From Crocinitomicaceae bacterium (lineage in GTDB: Bacteria > Bacteroidota > Bacteroidia > Flavobacteriales_D > Parvicellaceae), in assembly GCA_042093455.1 (NCBI GenBank), contig JBELEU010000002.1:1-41306 (forward strand): a stretch of 41,306 nt of DNA. Direction: 5' to 3'. Positions within the stretch are counted from its first letter, which is position 1; each line of letters opens with the position of its first letter. The notes beneath the pieces were generated by a model. It was given only the letters and a program-made list of their open reading frames with translations, was not told where the DNA came from and did not search any database. This document shows positions 1 to 8,752 of this stretch, piece by piece. The position numbers and the translations under genes are program-made.

Positions 1-58
1 CAAACCTGCAACCGCTGGAGCCGAAATCCAGTGCGCTATTCAGTTGCGCCACGAGGCC
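1..58 (-). tRNA. tRNA-Arg (anticodon TCG), 5' portion only; the 3' part lies beyond the left window edge
   Basis: Reverse complement of 1-58 reads GGCCTCG-TG-GCGC-AACTGAATA-GCGC-A-CTGGA-TTTCGGC-TCCAG-CGGTT-GCAGG-TTTG. This gives a 5' acceptor arm, 4-bp D stem, 5-bp anticodon stem, 7-nt loop with T33, anticodon TCG, G37, a 5-nt variable loop and the start of the T arm. Truncated by the window. Confidence 0.8.
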
Positions 59-119
59 ATGCCAACAAAAATATAATTATTTGCCATAATAATTTATTAT
101 TTACTTAGTTTGTAGGCTG

Positions 120-2456
120 ATGCGATGTTTTGCTCTTATATATCTATTAAGCTTTAATTTTTTTATTTCAGCTCAAGACTCTTTTTCGGTTGGCACTTGG
201 AGAGACCACTTACCTTATGCTAAAATAAACGAAGTAGTTGTTTTAGATAATATTTATTACGCAGCATCACCTTATTCCATAATTTCTTTTGATTCTGACG
301 AAAATGAGATTAAAAAGTGGAATACGATAACTGGGTTAAGTGAAGTTGGAGTGACATCAATTGAAGCCAATGAAAATCAAAATACACTGGTTATTGGTTA
401 CCAGTCTGGAAATATAGATTTAATTCAAAATAACAATGTTGTTAACATGTCTGCCATATTGAACAGTGGGATTATTGGAGATAAATCAATATACGAAATA
501 GTAGCCCAAAATGACTTTATTTATGTGTGTACCGGATTTGGTATAGTCCTAATTGATTTAAAGAAAAATGAAGTGAAAGACACCTATTTTATTGGAGATA
601 ATAATTCACAAGTCAAGGTATGGGATGTACATGTTAGTCAAGATAGCATATTTGCCTCAACAGACTTTGGTATAAAAGCAGCAAGTCTATCAAATTCTTT
701 CCTTTCAGACCCAAGCGTTTGGAACTACATATCAAATCCAACAAATAAAATATTTACTAAAATTGAAAAAATTACAGGAGCTTTTGATAATCAATTTTTG
801 CTTTACAATGATATTTCAACGGATACATCATTGTTAGTTAACTACAATAACGGTGAGTGGGATACAATTTTAATGGATACCAATTTTACGATTAATGGGG
901 TAACATCATACAGTGATAGTTGGTTGATTTCAAACAACAGTTATTTAGTGGAATACGATTTAAACATGGATACTTTGAATTATTATTATGCCTATAATGG
1001 TACATTAAGTCTCTCCCCAAATGACGCTCTTAAAAATGATGGATACTATTGGATAGCGGATGATAAAAGAGGATTTAAAAGATTAAGAAATAATTATGAT
1101 GCTATTAATATTGGTTCATTAGGCCCTTACGACAATGACGCTTTCCATTTAAGTTGTGATGATGGATCTTTATGGATTTCTGCGGGACAGATTGATGGAA
1201 CCAATTGGAATAAAACTTATAACTGGCATGGGTCTTATGTTTTAGAAGATGACAAGTGGAATCAATACAATAAAATAACAATAGAAGAACTATCTAGGGA
1301 TATTGATACGGTTTCTGATATGATATGGTCAACTATCGATCCGAATGATAATCAACATGTATTTGTGTCGTCCTTCAGTGGAGGGCTTATAGAGTATCAA
1401 GATGGAAGTATTGTCCAAAGACATTCGTATTATAATTCAAGCCTTCAAACTAGGATAAATCAAAATGGCAACAATGTTTACGTTGCAGGTGGTGATTTTG
1501 ATCAACAAGGCAATTTATGGATAGCAAACTCCTTTGTCGGAGAACCATTATCTGTCTTGACCCCATCCGGTGAATGGGCCTCTTTTTTCTGTGGAAGTGC
1601 AACATCAAATCAACTATGTACAGACTTAATTGTAGATAAAAACTATGGATATATATGGATGATTGTTAATCAAGTCGGTATTGTAGTATATAATTTCAAC
1701 CAAACTCCTTTGGACCCATCAGATGATGAGTTCACTATATTAAATACAGGAGTTGGTTCTGGAGCTTTGCCAAGTACGTTTATCAATTCTTTAACTATTG
1801 ATAATGATGGAGAAATTTGGGTAGGAACCAATGAAGGTCCTGCTGTCTTTTACGGTTCAGCTTTAATTTTTAGTGGACAAAATTACGATGCAAACACAAT
1901 TTTAATTGAAGAAAATGGCACTTTACAATATTTGTTAGAAAATGAAGTTATTTCTGACATTGTAGTTGACGGAGCCAATCAAAAATGGATAGCCACAAGA
2001 GGAGGTGGGCTTTTTCTAATGTCTGAAGACGGAACTCAAACCATCAATGCATTTAGTCGAGAAAACAGCCCCTTATTTAGCGACAATATACAAGCGTTGG
2101 CAATTAATAACGTCACAGGAGAGCTTTATATCGCAACTGAACTTGGAGTTATGGGATATAAAGGAAATGCAATTGCAGCCAATTTAATATTTTCTACATT
2201 AAAAGTATATCCAAATCCTGTAAGACCTGATTACCAGGGCAATATTGCCATTAGTGGTACAACAGAAAATGCCGAAATTAAAATAACAGACGCCAATGGA
2301 AAATTAGTTTTTTCAACCAATTCATTTGGGGGACAAGCAGTTTGGGACGGATACACTAGTGCTGGTTCTTTGGCTCCTACTGGTATATATTATGTTTTTG
2401 CGACATCTGAAGATGGTTATTCAAGCGAAAAAACAAAACTCTTAATAATAAGGTAG
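120..2456 (+). CDS. Secreted two-beta-propeller protein with a T9SS C-terminal sorting domain; PorZ-like
   Basis: Intact 778-aa ORF with signal peptide MRCFALIYLLSFNFFISAQ. Repeated propeller-blade-like segments (IGYQSGNIDL, IWVGTNEGPAVF, WIATRGGGLFL). C-terminus KVYPNPVRPDYQGNIAISG...IKITDANGKLVF...GIYYVFA looks like a T9SS CTD. Length matches PorZ-type proteins. Family call is from remembered motif patterns, not a search. Confidence 0.6.
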   Translation: MRCFALIYLLSFNFFISAQDSFSVGTWRDHLPYAKINEVVVLDNIYYAASPYSIISFDSDENEIKKWNTITGLSEVGVTSIEANENQNTLVIGYQSGNIDLIQNNNVVNMSAILNSGIIGDKSIYEIVAQNDFIYVCTGFGIVLIDLKKNEVKDTYFIGDNNSQVKVWDVHVSQDSIFASTDFGIKAASLSNSFLSDPSVWNYISNPTNKIFTKIEKITGAFDNQFLLYNDISTDTSLLVNYNNGEWDTILMDTNFTINGVTSYSDSWLISNNSYLVEYDLNMDTLNYYYAYNGTLSLSPNDALKNDGYYWIADDKRGFKRLRNNYDAINIGSLGPYDNDAFHLSCDDGSLWISAGQIDGTNWNKTYNWHGSYVLEDDKWNQYNKITIEELSRDIDTVSDMIWSTIDPNDNQHVFVSSFSGGLIEYQDGSIVQRHSYYNSSLQTRINQNGNNVYVAGGDFDQQGNLWIANSFVGEPLSVLTPSGEWASFFCGSATSNQLCTDLIVDKNYGYIWMIVNQVGIVVYNFNQTPLDPSDDEFTILNTGVGSGALPSTFINSLTIDNDGEIWVGTNEGPAVFYGSALIFSGQNYDANTILIEENGTLQYLLENEVISDIVVDGANQKWIATRGGGLFLMSEDGTQTINAFSRENSPLFSDNIQALAINNVTGELYIATELGVMGYKGNAIAANLIFSTLKVYPNPVRPDYQGNIAISGTTENAEIKITDANGKLVFSTNSFGGQAVWDGYTSAGSLAPTGIYYVFATSEDGYSSEKTKLLIIR

Positions 2457-2533
2457 TTTTTATTCATTAATTGATGTGAATATCTAGTTAAGTAGGGTTA
2501 AATTACGTTGCTAAATACCAATAAATTTGTTGA

Positions 2534-3064
2534 ATGAACTGGATAGATATTTTAATATTAGCGCCATTAATATGGGGAGCATATAACGGTTTTAAAAAGG
2601 GATTAATTTCTCAAGTTTTGGGAACATTTGGACTTATTATTGGTATTTGGCTAGGAACCCAATACCCAGGCATAGTAGAGGGCTTTTTGAAAGAATTTGT
2701 TGATGATGATTATTTAAAAATAATTTCTTTTGTAGTTATTTTCTTAGCAGTTGTTTTAGTCACAGCATTACTTAGTAAACTATTGGAGAAAGTGATAAAT
2801 TTTATTCAATTAAAAATGCTCAATAAATTAGGAGGTGTTATTTTTGGGGTAGCTAAAATTTTGCTATTCATGGTAATTTTTGTTTTTATTTTAGAGAATT
2901 GGCCAACAGTAGGAAAACTAATAAATATTGAACAAAAATCACAATCCTTAGTTTATCCAAAATTGGTCTATGCATCTGATTTAATTTTACCTGAACTTCA
3001 AAAAAAAGCAGATATTGATATATATTCAGATCCTCTCAATACAATTTTAGAATCTTCCAATTAA
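2534..3064 (+). CDS. cvpA: CvpA family membrane protein
   Basis: 176-aa ORF with about four hydrophobic helices. The N-terminus MNWIDILILAPLIWGAYNGFKKGLI is typical of CvpA (colicin V production) family proteins. Confidence 0.75.
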   Translation: MNWIDILILAPLIWGAYNGFKKGLISQVLGTFGLIIGIWLGTQYPGIVEGFLKEFVDDDYLKIISFVVIFLAVVLVTALLSKLLEKVINFIQLKMLNKLGGVIFGVAKILLFMVIFVFILENWPTVGKLINIEQKSQSLVYPKLVYASDLILPELQKKADIDIYSDPLNTILESSN

Positions 3065-3092
3065 AACTATAAACTTTCCTTACATTTGAAAC

Positions 3093-4223
3093 ATGTTGTT
3101 TTCAAATATTACTGGAAAAAATAACCTAAAAGATCAAGTCCTGGCCTTATTTAACAGCAACAGGGTTCCACATGCATTGCTTTTTAATGGTAAAGAGGGA
3201 TCCGGTTCTTTTCAATTAGCATTGTCTTTTGCTCAGCTTTTACTTTGTGCAAAGCCCTTAAAGTCTGATTCTTGCGGAAAATGTTCCTCATGCATAAAAG
3301 TGCAAAAAATGATGCATCCAGATTTGCATTTTTCTTTCCCCATTCAATTGTCTCAAACAAACAAAGTCACAACTTCTGATGACCTACTAGATGTTTTTAT
3401 TGAAATGATAATTGAATCTCCATTCTTTTCTAAAGAACAGTGGGCTGATAGAATGGGCAATAGAAATAAGCAGGGAATCATTGGAACTAAAGAGAGTCAA
3501 CAAGTAATTAAAAAGTTATCACTTAAGTCTTATGAGGGAGGAGCAAAAATATTACTTATGTGGTTGCCTGAAGAAATGAATCAACAGGGGGCTAATAAAT
3601 TACTTAAGTTAATTGAAGAACCACCACAGAAAACCTATTTTCTATTTGTTTCTGAAAGAAAAGAAAAACTCTTGCCTACAATACAATCAAGACTACAAAT
3701 TATTGATGTTCCAGATTTTTCAGAAAATGAGATTAAACAATTTTTAAAAGAAAAATTTAATGCAACTCCAGAGAAAGCAAGTTTAGCCTCAAGTGTTTCT
3801 TTTGGAAATATAAATACCGCTATCCAGTTTTTTGATAATGAAACTCAAAACGATATTTACTTATCCTCTTTTATTACTTGGATGCGTCTATGTTATACTA
3901 GAAATATTGCTGACACAATTGATTGGGTAGATGCAACTGCTAAGGAAGGGAGGGAGCAAATTAAAGGGCTACTTTTGTATACTTTAGAAATGTTTAGAAA
4001 ATGCATTCTAGGTCACTATTCAGTTGAAATAAATGGAATTACTGTTGAACAGATAAAATTTCTTAAAAAATTTAGTCCCTTTATTAATCACAAAAATATA
4101 GTTCAATTTTCTGAAGTTATTAATGATGCTCATTTTCATATGGAAAGAAATGCCAACCCTAAAATATTAATGTTAGATGTGTCAATACTGTTTTTTAGGT
4201 TATTAAAAACAGACAAAAAATAG
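3093..4223 (+). CDS. holB: DNA polymerase III delta' subunit (clamp-loader AAA+-like)
   Basis: 376-aa ORF. It has RVPHALLFNGKEGSG (P-loop-like), the zinc module CGKCSSCIKV, KLLKLIEEPP and SRLQII (sensor), all typical of delta'/tau-family clamp-loader subunits. It is followed by a PSP1 gene, as in many bacteria. Confidence 0.85.
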   Translation: MLFSNITGKNNLKDQVLALFNSNRVPHALLFNGKEGSGSFQLALSFAQLLLCAKPLKSDSCGKCSSCIKVQKMMHPDLHFSFPIQLSQTNKVTTSDDLLDVFIEMIIESPFFSKEQWADRMGNRNKQGIIGTKESQQVIKKLSLKSYEGGAKILLMWLPEEMNQQGANKLLKLIEEPPQKTYFLFVSERKEKLLPTIQSRLQIIDVPDFSENEIKQFLKEKFNATPEKASLASSVSFGNINTAIQFFDNETQNDIYLSSFITWMRLCYTRNIADTIDWVDATAKEGREQIKGLLLYTLEMFRKCILGHYSVEINGITVEQIKFLKKFSPFINHKNIVQFSEVINDAHFHMERNANPKILMLDVSILFFRLLKTDKK

Positions 4224-4266
4224 TTTAGCTTTATCGAATATTTTATTTTAATAAATATTTTTGATT

Positions 4267-5421
4267 ATGAGTTGTGCAACATGTACTAATAAAGTTGGAG
4301 GAACACCCAAAGGGTGTAGAAGCAACGGTTCCTGCGTAACGTTAGGCTGTAACGCACGGACTACCTTTAATTGGTTGAATAACATAGACCAAATAACCAA
4401 CAATAAAAACAAAGTTGTTGAAGTAAGCTTTAAAAATGGAAGAAAGCAATTTTGTCACAATGATTCAGGATTGGCAATTTACTCAGGAGATACCGTTGTT
4501 ATAGATTGTTCTATCGGTTTTGATATTGGTATAGTAACTTTAACCGGAGAGTTAGTTCAGCATCAAATTCAGCGTAAGAATAAAAGCAAGCTAAACAGAG
4601 ATTCCCCAAAAATAAAGAGAAAAGCGACAGAAGAAGACCTACTAGTTTGGAAAACAAGTAGAGAAAAAGAGAATTATTTTACAACACGTTCTCGTGAAAT
4701 GGTTTTGAACCTATCCTTGAAAATGAAAATAAGTGATGTTGAAACACAGGCAGATGGAAAGAAAGCAACATTTTATTACACAGCTGAAAATAGAGTTGAT
4801 TTTAGAGAGCTAATCAAGTTAATGACCAATGAGTTTAAGTTGAAAGTTGAAATGAAACAGATTGGCTCAAGGCAAGAGTCCTCAATGTTAGGAGGGATTG
4901 GCTCTTGCGGAAGAGAGTTATGTTGCTCGTCTTGGATGACTGATTTTAGATCAGTTTCCACAAGTGCAGCAAGATACCAGCAGCTGTCATTAAATCCGGA
5001 AAAACTATCTGGTCAATGCGGAAAACTGAAGTGTTGTCTCAATTATGAGTTAAATCAGTATGTGGATAAATTAAAAGAATTCCCATCTAATAAAAAGAAA
5101 TTAATTTCAAAATCGGAAAAGGCTTTTCATATTAAAACAGATGTTTTTAGAGAACTTATGTGGTATAGTGTAGCTAGTGAAAACAACAAGGGCGGAATAA
5201 TTTGTTTTGGAATGGAAGCAGTTAAAGAGATTCAAGCTTTAAATGATCAAGGGAAAAAGCCAGTAAGTTTTTCAGAACTAACTACTAAATTAGAAGAACC
5301 AATTAAAGATCCTGAGTATTCGAATGTAGTAGGTCAAGATGATCTTAAAAGGTTTGATAAAAGTTTTGCAAAACCCAAAAAACGAAAAAAACAATACAAG
5401 AAAAAAACATTTAGAAAGTGA
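4267..5421 (+). CDS. PSP1 C-terminal domain protein (RicT/YaaT-like, Cys-rich)
   Basis: ORF track starts at TTG 4261, but an ATG lies at 4267 (MSCATC...). PSP1-type Cys clusters GSCGRELCCSSWM and GQCGKLKCCLNYE are present. There is an extra Cys-rich N-terminus and a Lys-rich tail (KPKKRKKQYKKK). Confidence 0.85.
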   Translation: MSCATCTNKVGGTPKGCRSNGSCVTLGCNARTTFNWLNNIDQITNNKNKVVEVSFKNGRKQFCHNDSGLAIYSGDTVVIDCSIGFDIGIVTLTGELVQHQIQRKNKSKLNRDSPKIKRKATEEDLLVWKTSREKENYFTTRSREMVLNLSLKMKISDVETQADGKKATFYYTAENRVDFRELIKLMTNEFKLKVEMKQIGSRQESSMLGGIGSCGRELCCSSWMTDFRSVSTSAARYQQLSLNPEKLSGQCGKLKCCLNYELNQYVDKLKEFPSNKKKLISKSEKAFHIKTDVFRELMWYSVASENNKGGIICFGMEAVKEIQALNDQGKKPVSFSELTTKLEEPIKDPEYSNVVGQDDLKRFDKSFAKPKKRKKQYKKKTFRK

Positions 5422-5885
5422 TCAGAATTATTCAATATTTTGCGTTATTACTAACCTTCTTTTTACCATCTTGTAAAGAAGAAGGAGTGGTTTATAATGA
5501 GTTTTTTAAAATTGACACCTCTACTTGGAAGCACAAGGATAATATTTCTTTTAATTTTAATATTTCTGATACTACAATAGCTTATGATGTTTATCTACAG
5601 TTTAGAAATACAAAAGCATACAATTGGGCTAATATTTTTTTATTTTCTGACATCAACTATCCTAATTCAAGAACAAGAAGAGACACTTTCGAGTTTTATT
5701 TGACGGATCAAAAGGGGCATTGGCTTGGGAATAAGTCAGGTAATATAGTAGAGAATGAGTTTTTACTTTTCAAATCGACTAAGTTTCCACTTACTGGTGA
5801 CTATGTTATGAGCATTCAGCAAGCAATGAGAGATACTATTTTGGAAGAGTGTGTTAATGTAGGTCTTAAATTAAAACAAAGCTGA
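5418..5885 (+). CDS. gldH: Gliding motility lipoprotein GldH
   Basis: 155 aa with a GTG start overlapping the upstream stop (GTGA). Lipoprotein signal LLLTFFLPSCKEE. Motifs FRNTKAYNWANIFLF, DQKGHWLGNKSGN and GDYVMSIQQAMRD...VNVGLKL match my recollection of the GldH family pattern. Position after holB and the PSP1 gene fits flavobacterial synteny. Confidence 0.75.
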   Translation: MIRIIQYFALLLTFFLPSCKEEGVVYNEFFKIDTSTWKHKDNISFNFNISDTTIAYDVYLQFRNTKAYNWANIFLFSDINYPNSRTRRDTFEFYLTDQKGHWLGNKSGNIVENEFLLFKSTKFPLTGDYVMSIQQAMRDTILEECVNVGLKLKQS

Positions 5886-5954
5886 ATAACTTCATTTTCA
5901 GTTGATAATTAAGTTGAATTTTCAACCCAAAATAAATGTATATTCGCGACCGTA

Positions 5955-7112
5955 ATGCCACTGTTTAAAAATAGCATATCCTCAAAACTCCCAAGAGTAG
6001 GCACTTCAATATTTACTGAGATGTCTCAAATGGCTCAAGAATATAGCGCCATTAACCTATCTCAAGGTTTCCCTGATTTTGATGTGGACAGTAACTTGAT
6101 TAAGTTGGTCGAAAAATTTTTACGAAAAGGAGTTCATCAGTACGCACCAATGCAAGGTGCTATTCAATTAAGAGAAGCTATTTCAAAAAAAATTGAATCA
6201 CAACACGGAGCTTGTTATGATCCAAATTCAGAAATTACTATTACTGCAGGAGCAACTCAAGCTATTTTTACTGCTATTTCAGCTTTTGTTAAAGAAGAAG
6301 ACGAGGTGATTATTTTTACTCCAGCATACGACTGCTATGAACCCACAATTGAGCTAAATGGAGGAAGACCAGTATTTGTACAATTAAAATCACCAGATTT
6401 TAAAATCAATTGGGAAGAAGTTAAAAAACTTATTTCTCAAAGAACAAAAATGATAATCATCAATACTCCTCACAATCCGACAGGAACTGTACTAGAGGAG
6501 AATGATCTTAAAGAATTAGAGAAAATAACTCAAGACTCAGATATTATTATTTTGAGTGATGAAGTTTACGAACATATAATATTTGATCAGAAGAAGCATC
6601 AAAGCATCTGCAAATACCCAGCGCTAGCAGATAGGTCTATTGCTGTTTTTTCTTTTGGGAAAACTTTTCATGTTACTGGATGGAAAATGGGTTACTGCAT
6701 TGGTCCGGAAAATTTAATGCATGAGTTTAGAAAAGTACATCAATTCAATGTTTTTTCCTGTAACCATCCATTTCAACTGGCATTAGCTGAATACTTAGAA
6801 AACGAAGAACATTTTTTAAAATTAGGAGCGTTTTATCAGCAAAAAAGAGACTATTTTACAGAAATAATAAAAGCATCAAGGCTTTCGATTGTGCCTTCTT
6901 ATGGAACATATTTCCAGTTACTGAATTTTAGTAAAATTTCTGAAGAATCAGATGTTTCAATGGCAAAAAAGCTAATCAAAGAATATAAATTAGCTAGTAT
7001 ACCTATTTCTGTTTTTTACAATTCTACTTTAGACGAAAAAAACCTAAGGTTTTGTTTTGCTAAAAAGCAAGAAACTTTGGATGCTGCTGCAGAGATATTA
7101 ATTAAAATATAA
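5955..7112 (+). CDS. Class I/II pyridoxal-phosphate aminotransferase (YbdL-type methionine aminotransferase-like)
   Basis: 385-aa ORF. It has INLSQGFPDF, NTPHNPTG and the PLP-lysine region SFGKTFHVTGWKMGY. Length and N-terminus resemble YbdL/KAT-type enzymes. Confidence 0.85.
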   Translation: MPLFKNSISSKLPRVGTSIFTEMSQMAQEYSAINLSQGFPDFDVDSNLIKLVEKFLRKGVHQYAPMQGAIQLREAISKKIESQHGACYDPNSEITITAGATQAIFTAISAFVKEEDEVIIFTPAYDCYEPTIELNGGRPVFVQLKSPDFKINWEEVKKLISQRTKMIIINTPHNPTGTVLEENDLKELEKITQDSDIIILSDEVYEHIIFDQKKHQSICKYPALADRSIAVFSFGKTFHVTGWKMGYCIGPENLMHEFRKVHQFNVFSCNHPFQLALAEYLENEEHFLKLGAFYQQKRDYFTEIIKASRLSIVPSYGTYFQLLNFSKISEESDVSMAKKLIKEYKLASIPISVFYNSTLDEKNLRFCFAKKQETLDAAAEILIKI

Positions 7113-7190
7113 TTATCCACAACGTTTTCTTAAGATTTGGTTAAGGTTAATGATTGTTCATTATAAAATTTGAAGTAATTTTATTAAGAC

Positions 7191-8141
7191 TTGAATAAAA
7201 TACCATTAATATTATTTGTTTTAACATCCTTATTGGGGTCTTCTCAACAGCTGTCACTGATTGACGTGTATTGTGAAGAAGACAGTACTAGTCACATTGT
7301 TATTGACCCCGAGGCACTCTATGTTGAACGTTGGGACACTTTAGCTCAGCCAATATTTTGGAAATCAATAATGAACCTTAGTGGAGACACTTGTATCATT
7401 AATGATGCAAGTTCAAGAGAAGTATTAGGTTATGTTGAAAAGAAAGAATGGCATAAACAATCCGAAGAAGAGAAAAAAGCCTTTAAAGATTCTGTTAGAT
7501 TAGCTTATTGCTTAGACTTTGATACTAAAATTTATATTACATCAGGGAAAAAAGACTTTTACCTTATCGAAGAAGTTATACCTAGTATTTCTAGAGCAAT
7601 TGATGTTTTTAAAGAAAACAATGTTGACCCTTGGTTTGCCCAAGCTATTTTACTTATTGAGAGCCCAGGAAAGCTTAAATACTCAAGAACTGGAGCATTT
7701 GGCTCCTTTCAATTAATGAAATCTGTAGCAAGATCTTTAGGTCTAACGGTTAACAAGACCATTGACGAAAGAAAAGACTTTGATAAATCTGCTCTAGCAG
7801 CTAGTCAATTGTTAAAAACAATATGTATTCCTCACGCAAGAAGAATACTTTGTGATAAAGATATTGACCCAGTTGGGGATGAATTGTGGTTTAAACTTTT
7901 GGTTTTGCATATTTACCATGCGGGGGCAAAAAATGTAGAAGGGTTGCTTAGTCAATTGGATGAGCCAATTGAGGGGATGGAATTAATACAGTGGATGTGG
8001 TCCAATGAATGGGGAAACTTTAAGAATGCCTCACAAAATTACTCCCAGGTAGCTATAGCCGCCATGCTTTGTCTTCAAGACATTGTTCTTCAGGATTGTG
8101 ATTTTATTTTCCCTTGCGAAGAACAATTTAATAGTTTTTAA
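7191..8141 (+). CDS. Secreted lytic transglycosylase-like (SLT domain) protein, Cys-rich
   Basis: 316 aa with a TTG start; no in-frame ATG would keep the signal peptide NKIPLILFVLTSLLGSSQQ. Three SLT family-1-like motifs occur in order: LLIES (catalytic Glu-Ser), GSFQLM and HIYHAGAKN. Confidence 0.65.
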   Translation: MNKIPLILFVLTSLLGSSQQLSLIDVYCEEDSTSHIVIDPEALYVERWDTLAQPIFWKSIMNLSGDTCIINDASSREVLGYVEKKEWHKQSEEEKKAFKDSVRLAYCLDFDTKIYITSGKKDFYLIEEVIPSISRAIDVFKENNVDPWFAQAILLIESPGKLKYSRTGAFGSFQLMKSVARSLGLTVNKTIDERKDFDKSALAASQLLKTICIPHARRILCDKDIDPVGDELWFKLLVLHIYHAGAKNVEGLLSQLDEPIEGMELIQWMWSNEWGNFKNASQNYSQVAIAAMLCLQDIVLQDCDFIFPCEEQFNSF

Positions 8142-8752
8142 TGTTTAGAGTTTATACATTTCTTTCTGTTTTAGTAACATTTTCCTACGCTTTTATTTCT
8201 TTTTTTCATTACAATGATGATTTTGGTTGGGAGATTTTTTTCTACGATAAGTTTACTGACGTTGCATTATTCACATTAATAATTTTACTTGTTTTAAAAA
8301 CCCAAGTACGATGGCAAAAAACATGGATAACAAGAAAAATTGAGGGTTTTAAAATGACAAAACAAGGGTGGAGGAAGGCGCTAATTAGTGAGTCAATGTC
8401 AATGTTTATTATCCTTTTTATTGGAGCTATGTTATTTGTTTTTTATCGTGATAGTTTACTAATACCGTTAGTGTTGTCTGGGTATGTCATTGAGAGTTTC
8501 TCTAGCGTAATTATTGGAAAATTAAAATATAAATTAGTCATAACGAAAAAACTTATTTTTATCATCACAAATAAACAGAAAATGTATTATTTGAATGATA
8601 TAAAGTCTTTTACAAGACGTCACAATGGACTTATTGTGCAACTAAAAAACGGGATTCAATTTCACTTAAATAAAGATGATTTTCAAGATTCAAAAGAGTG
8701 GCTTTCTTCACTTCATTCTATTGCTGTTGAAAAAGAAATTTATTGGGAATGA
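8141..8752 (+). CDS. Polytopic membrane protein of unknown function with a soluble C-terminal domain
   Basis: 203 aa. The start overlaps the upstream stop (TAATG). There are about four hydrophobic helices followed by a roughly 70-aa hydrophilic tail. I recognise no motif. Confidence 0.6.
   Translation: MFRVYTFLSVLVTFSYAFISFFHYNDDFGWEIFFYDKFTDVALFTLIILLVLKTQVRWQKTWITRKIEGFKMTKQGWRKALISESMSMFIILFIGAMLFVFYRDSLLIPLVLSGYVIESFSSVIIGKLKYKLVITKKLIFIITNKQKMYYLNDIKSFTRRHNGLIVQLKNGIQFHLNKDDFQDSKEWLSSLHSIAVEKEIYWE

Noticed and set aside
1-2456. tRNA genes (tRNA-Arg at 1-58 and tRNA-Phe at 28275-28350) as integration sites of a genomic island or prophage.
   Set aside because: There is no integrase, recombinase, transposase or phage-like ORF anywhere in the window. 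The flanking genes are core housekeeping or envelope genes. I noticed no direct repeat of a tRNA 3' end, although an exhaustive repeat search by eye is not possible.
2522-2529. TAAATTTG boxes immediately upstream of cvpA (2522-2529) and of the MORN gene (12870-12877, minus strand) as promoters.
   Set aside because: They match TAnnTTTG but lie only 4-7 nt from the first ATG, and no -33 TTG sits at the proper spacing. They may be real with leaderless or downstream starts, but the evidence is too thin to call them as features.
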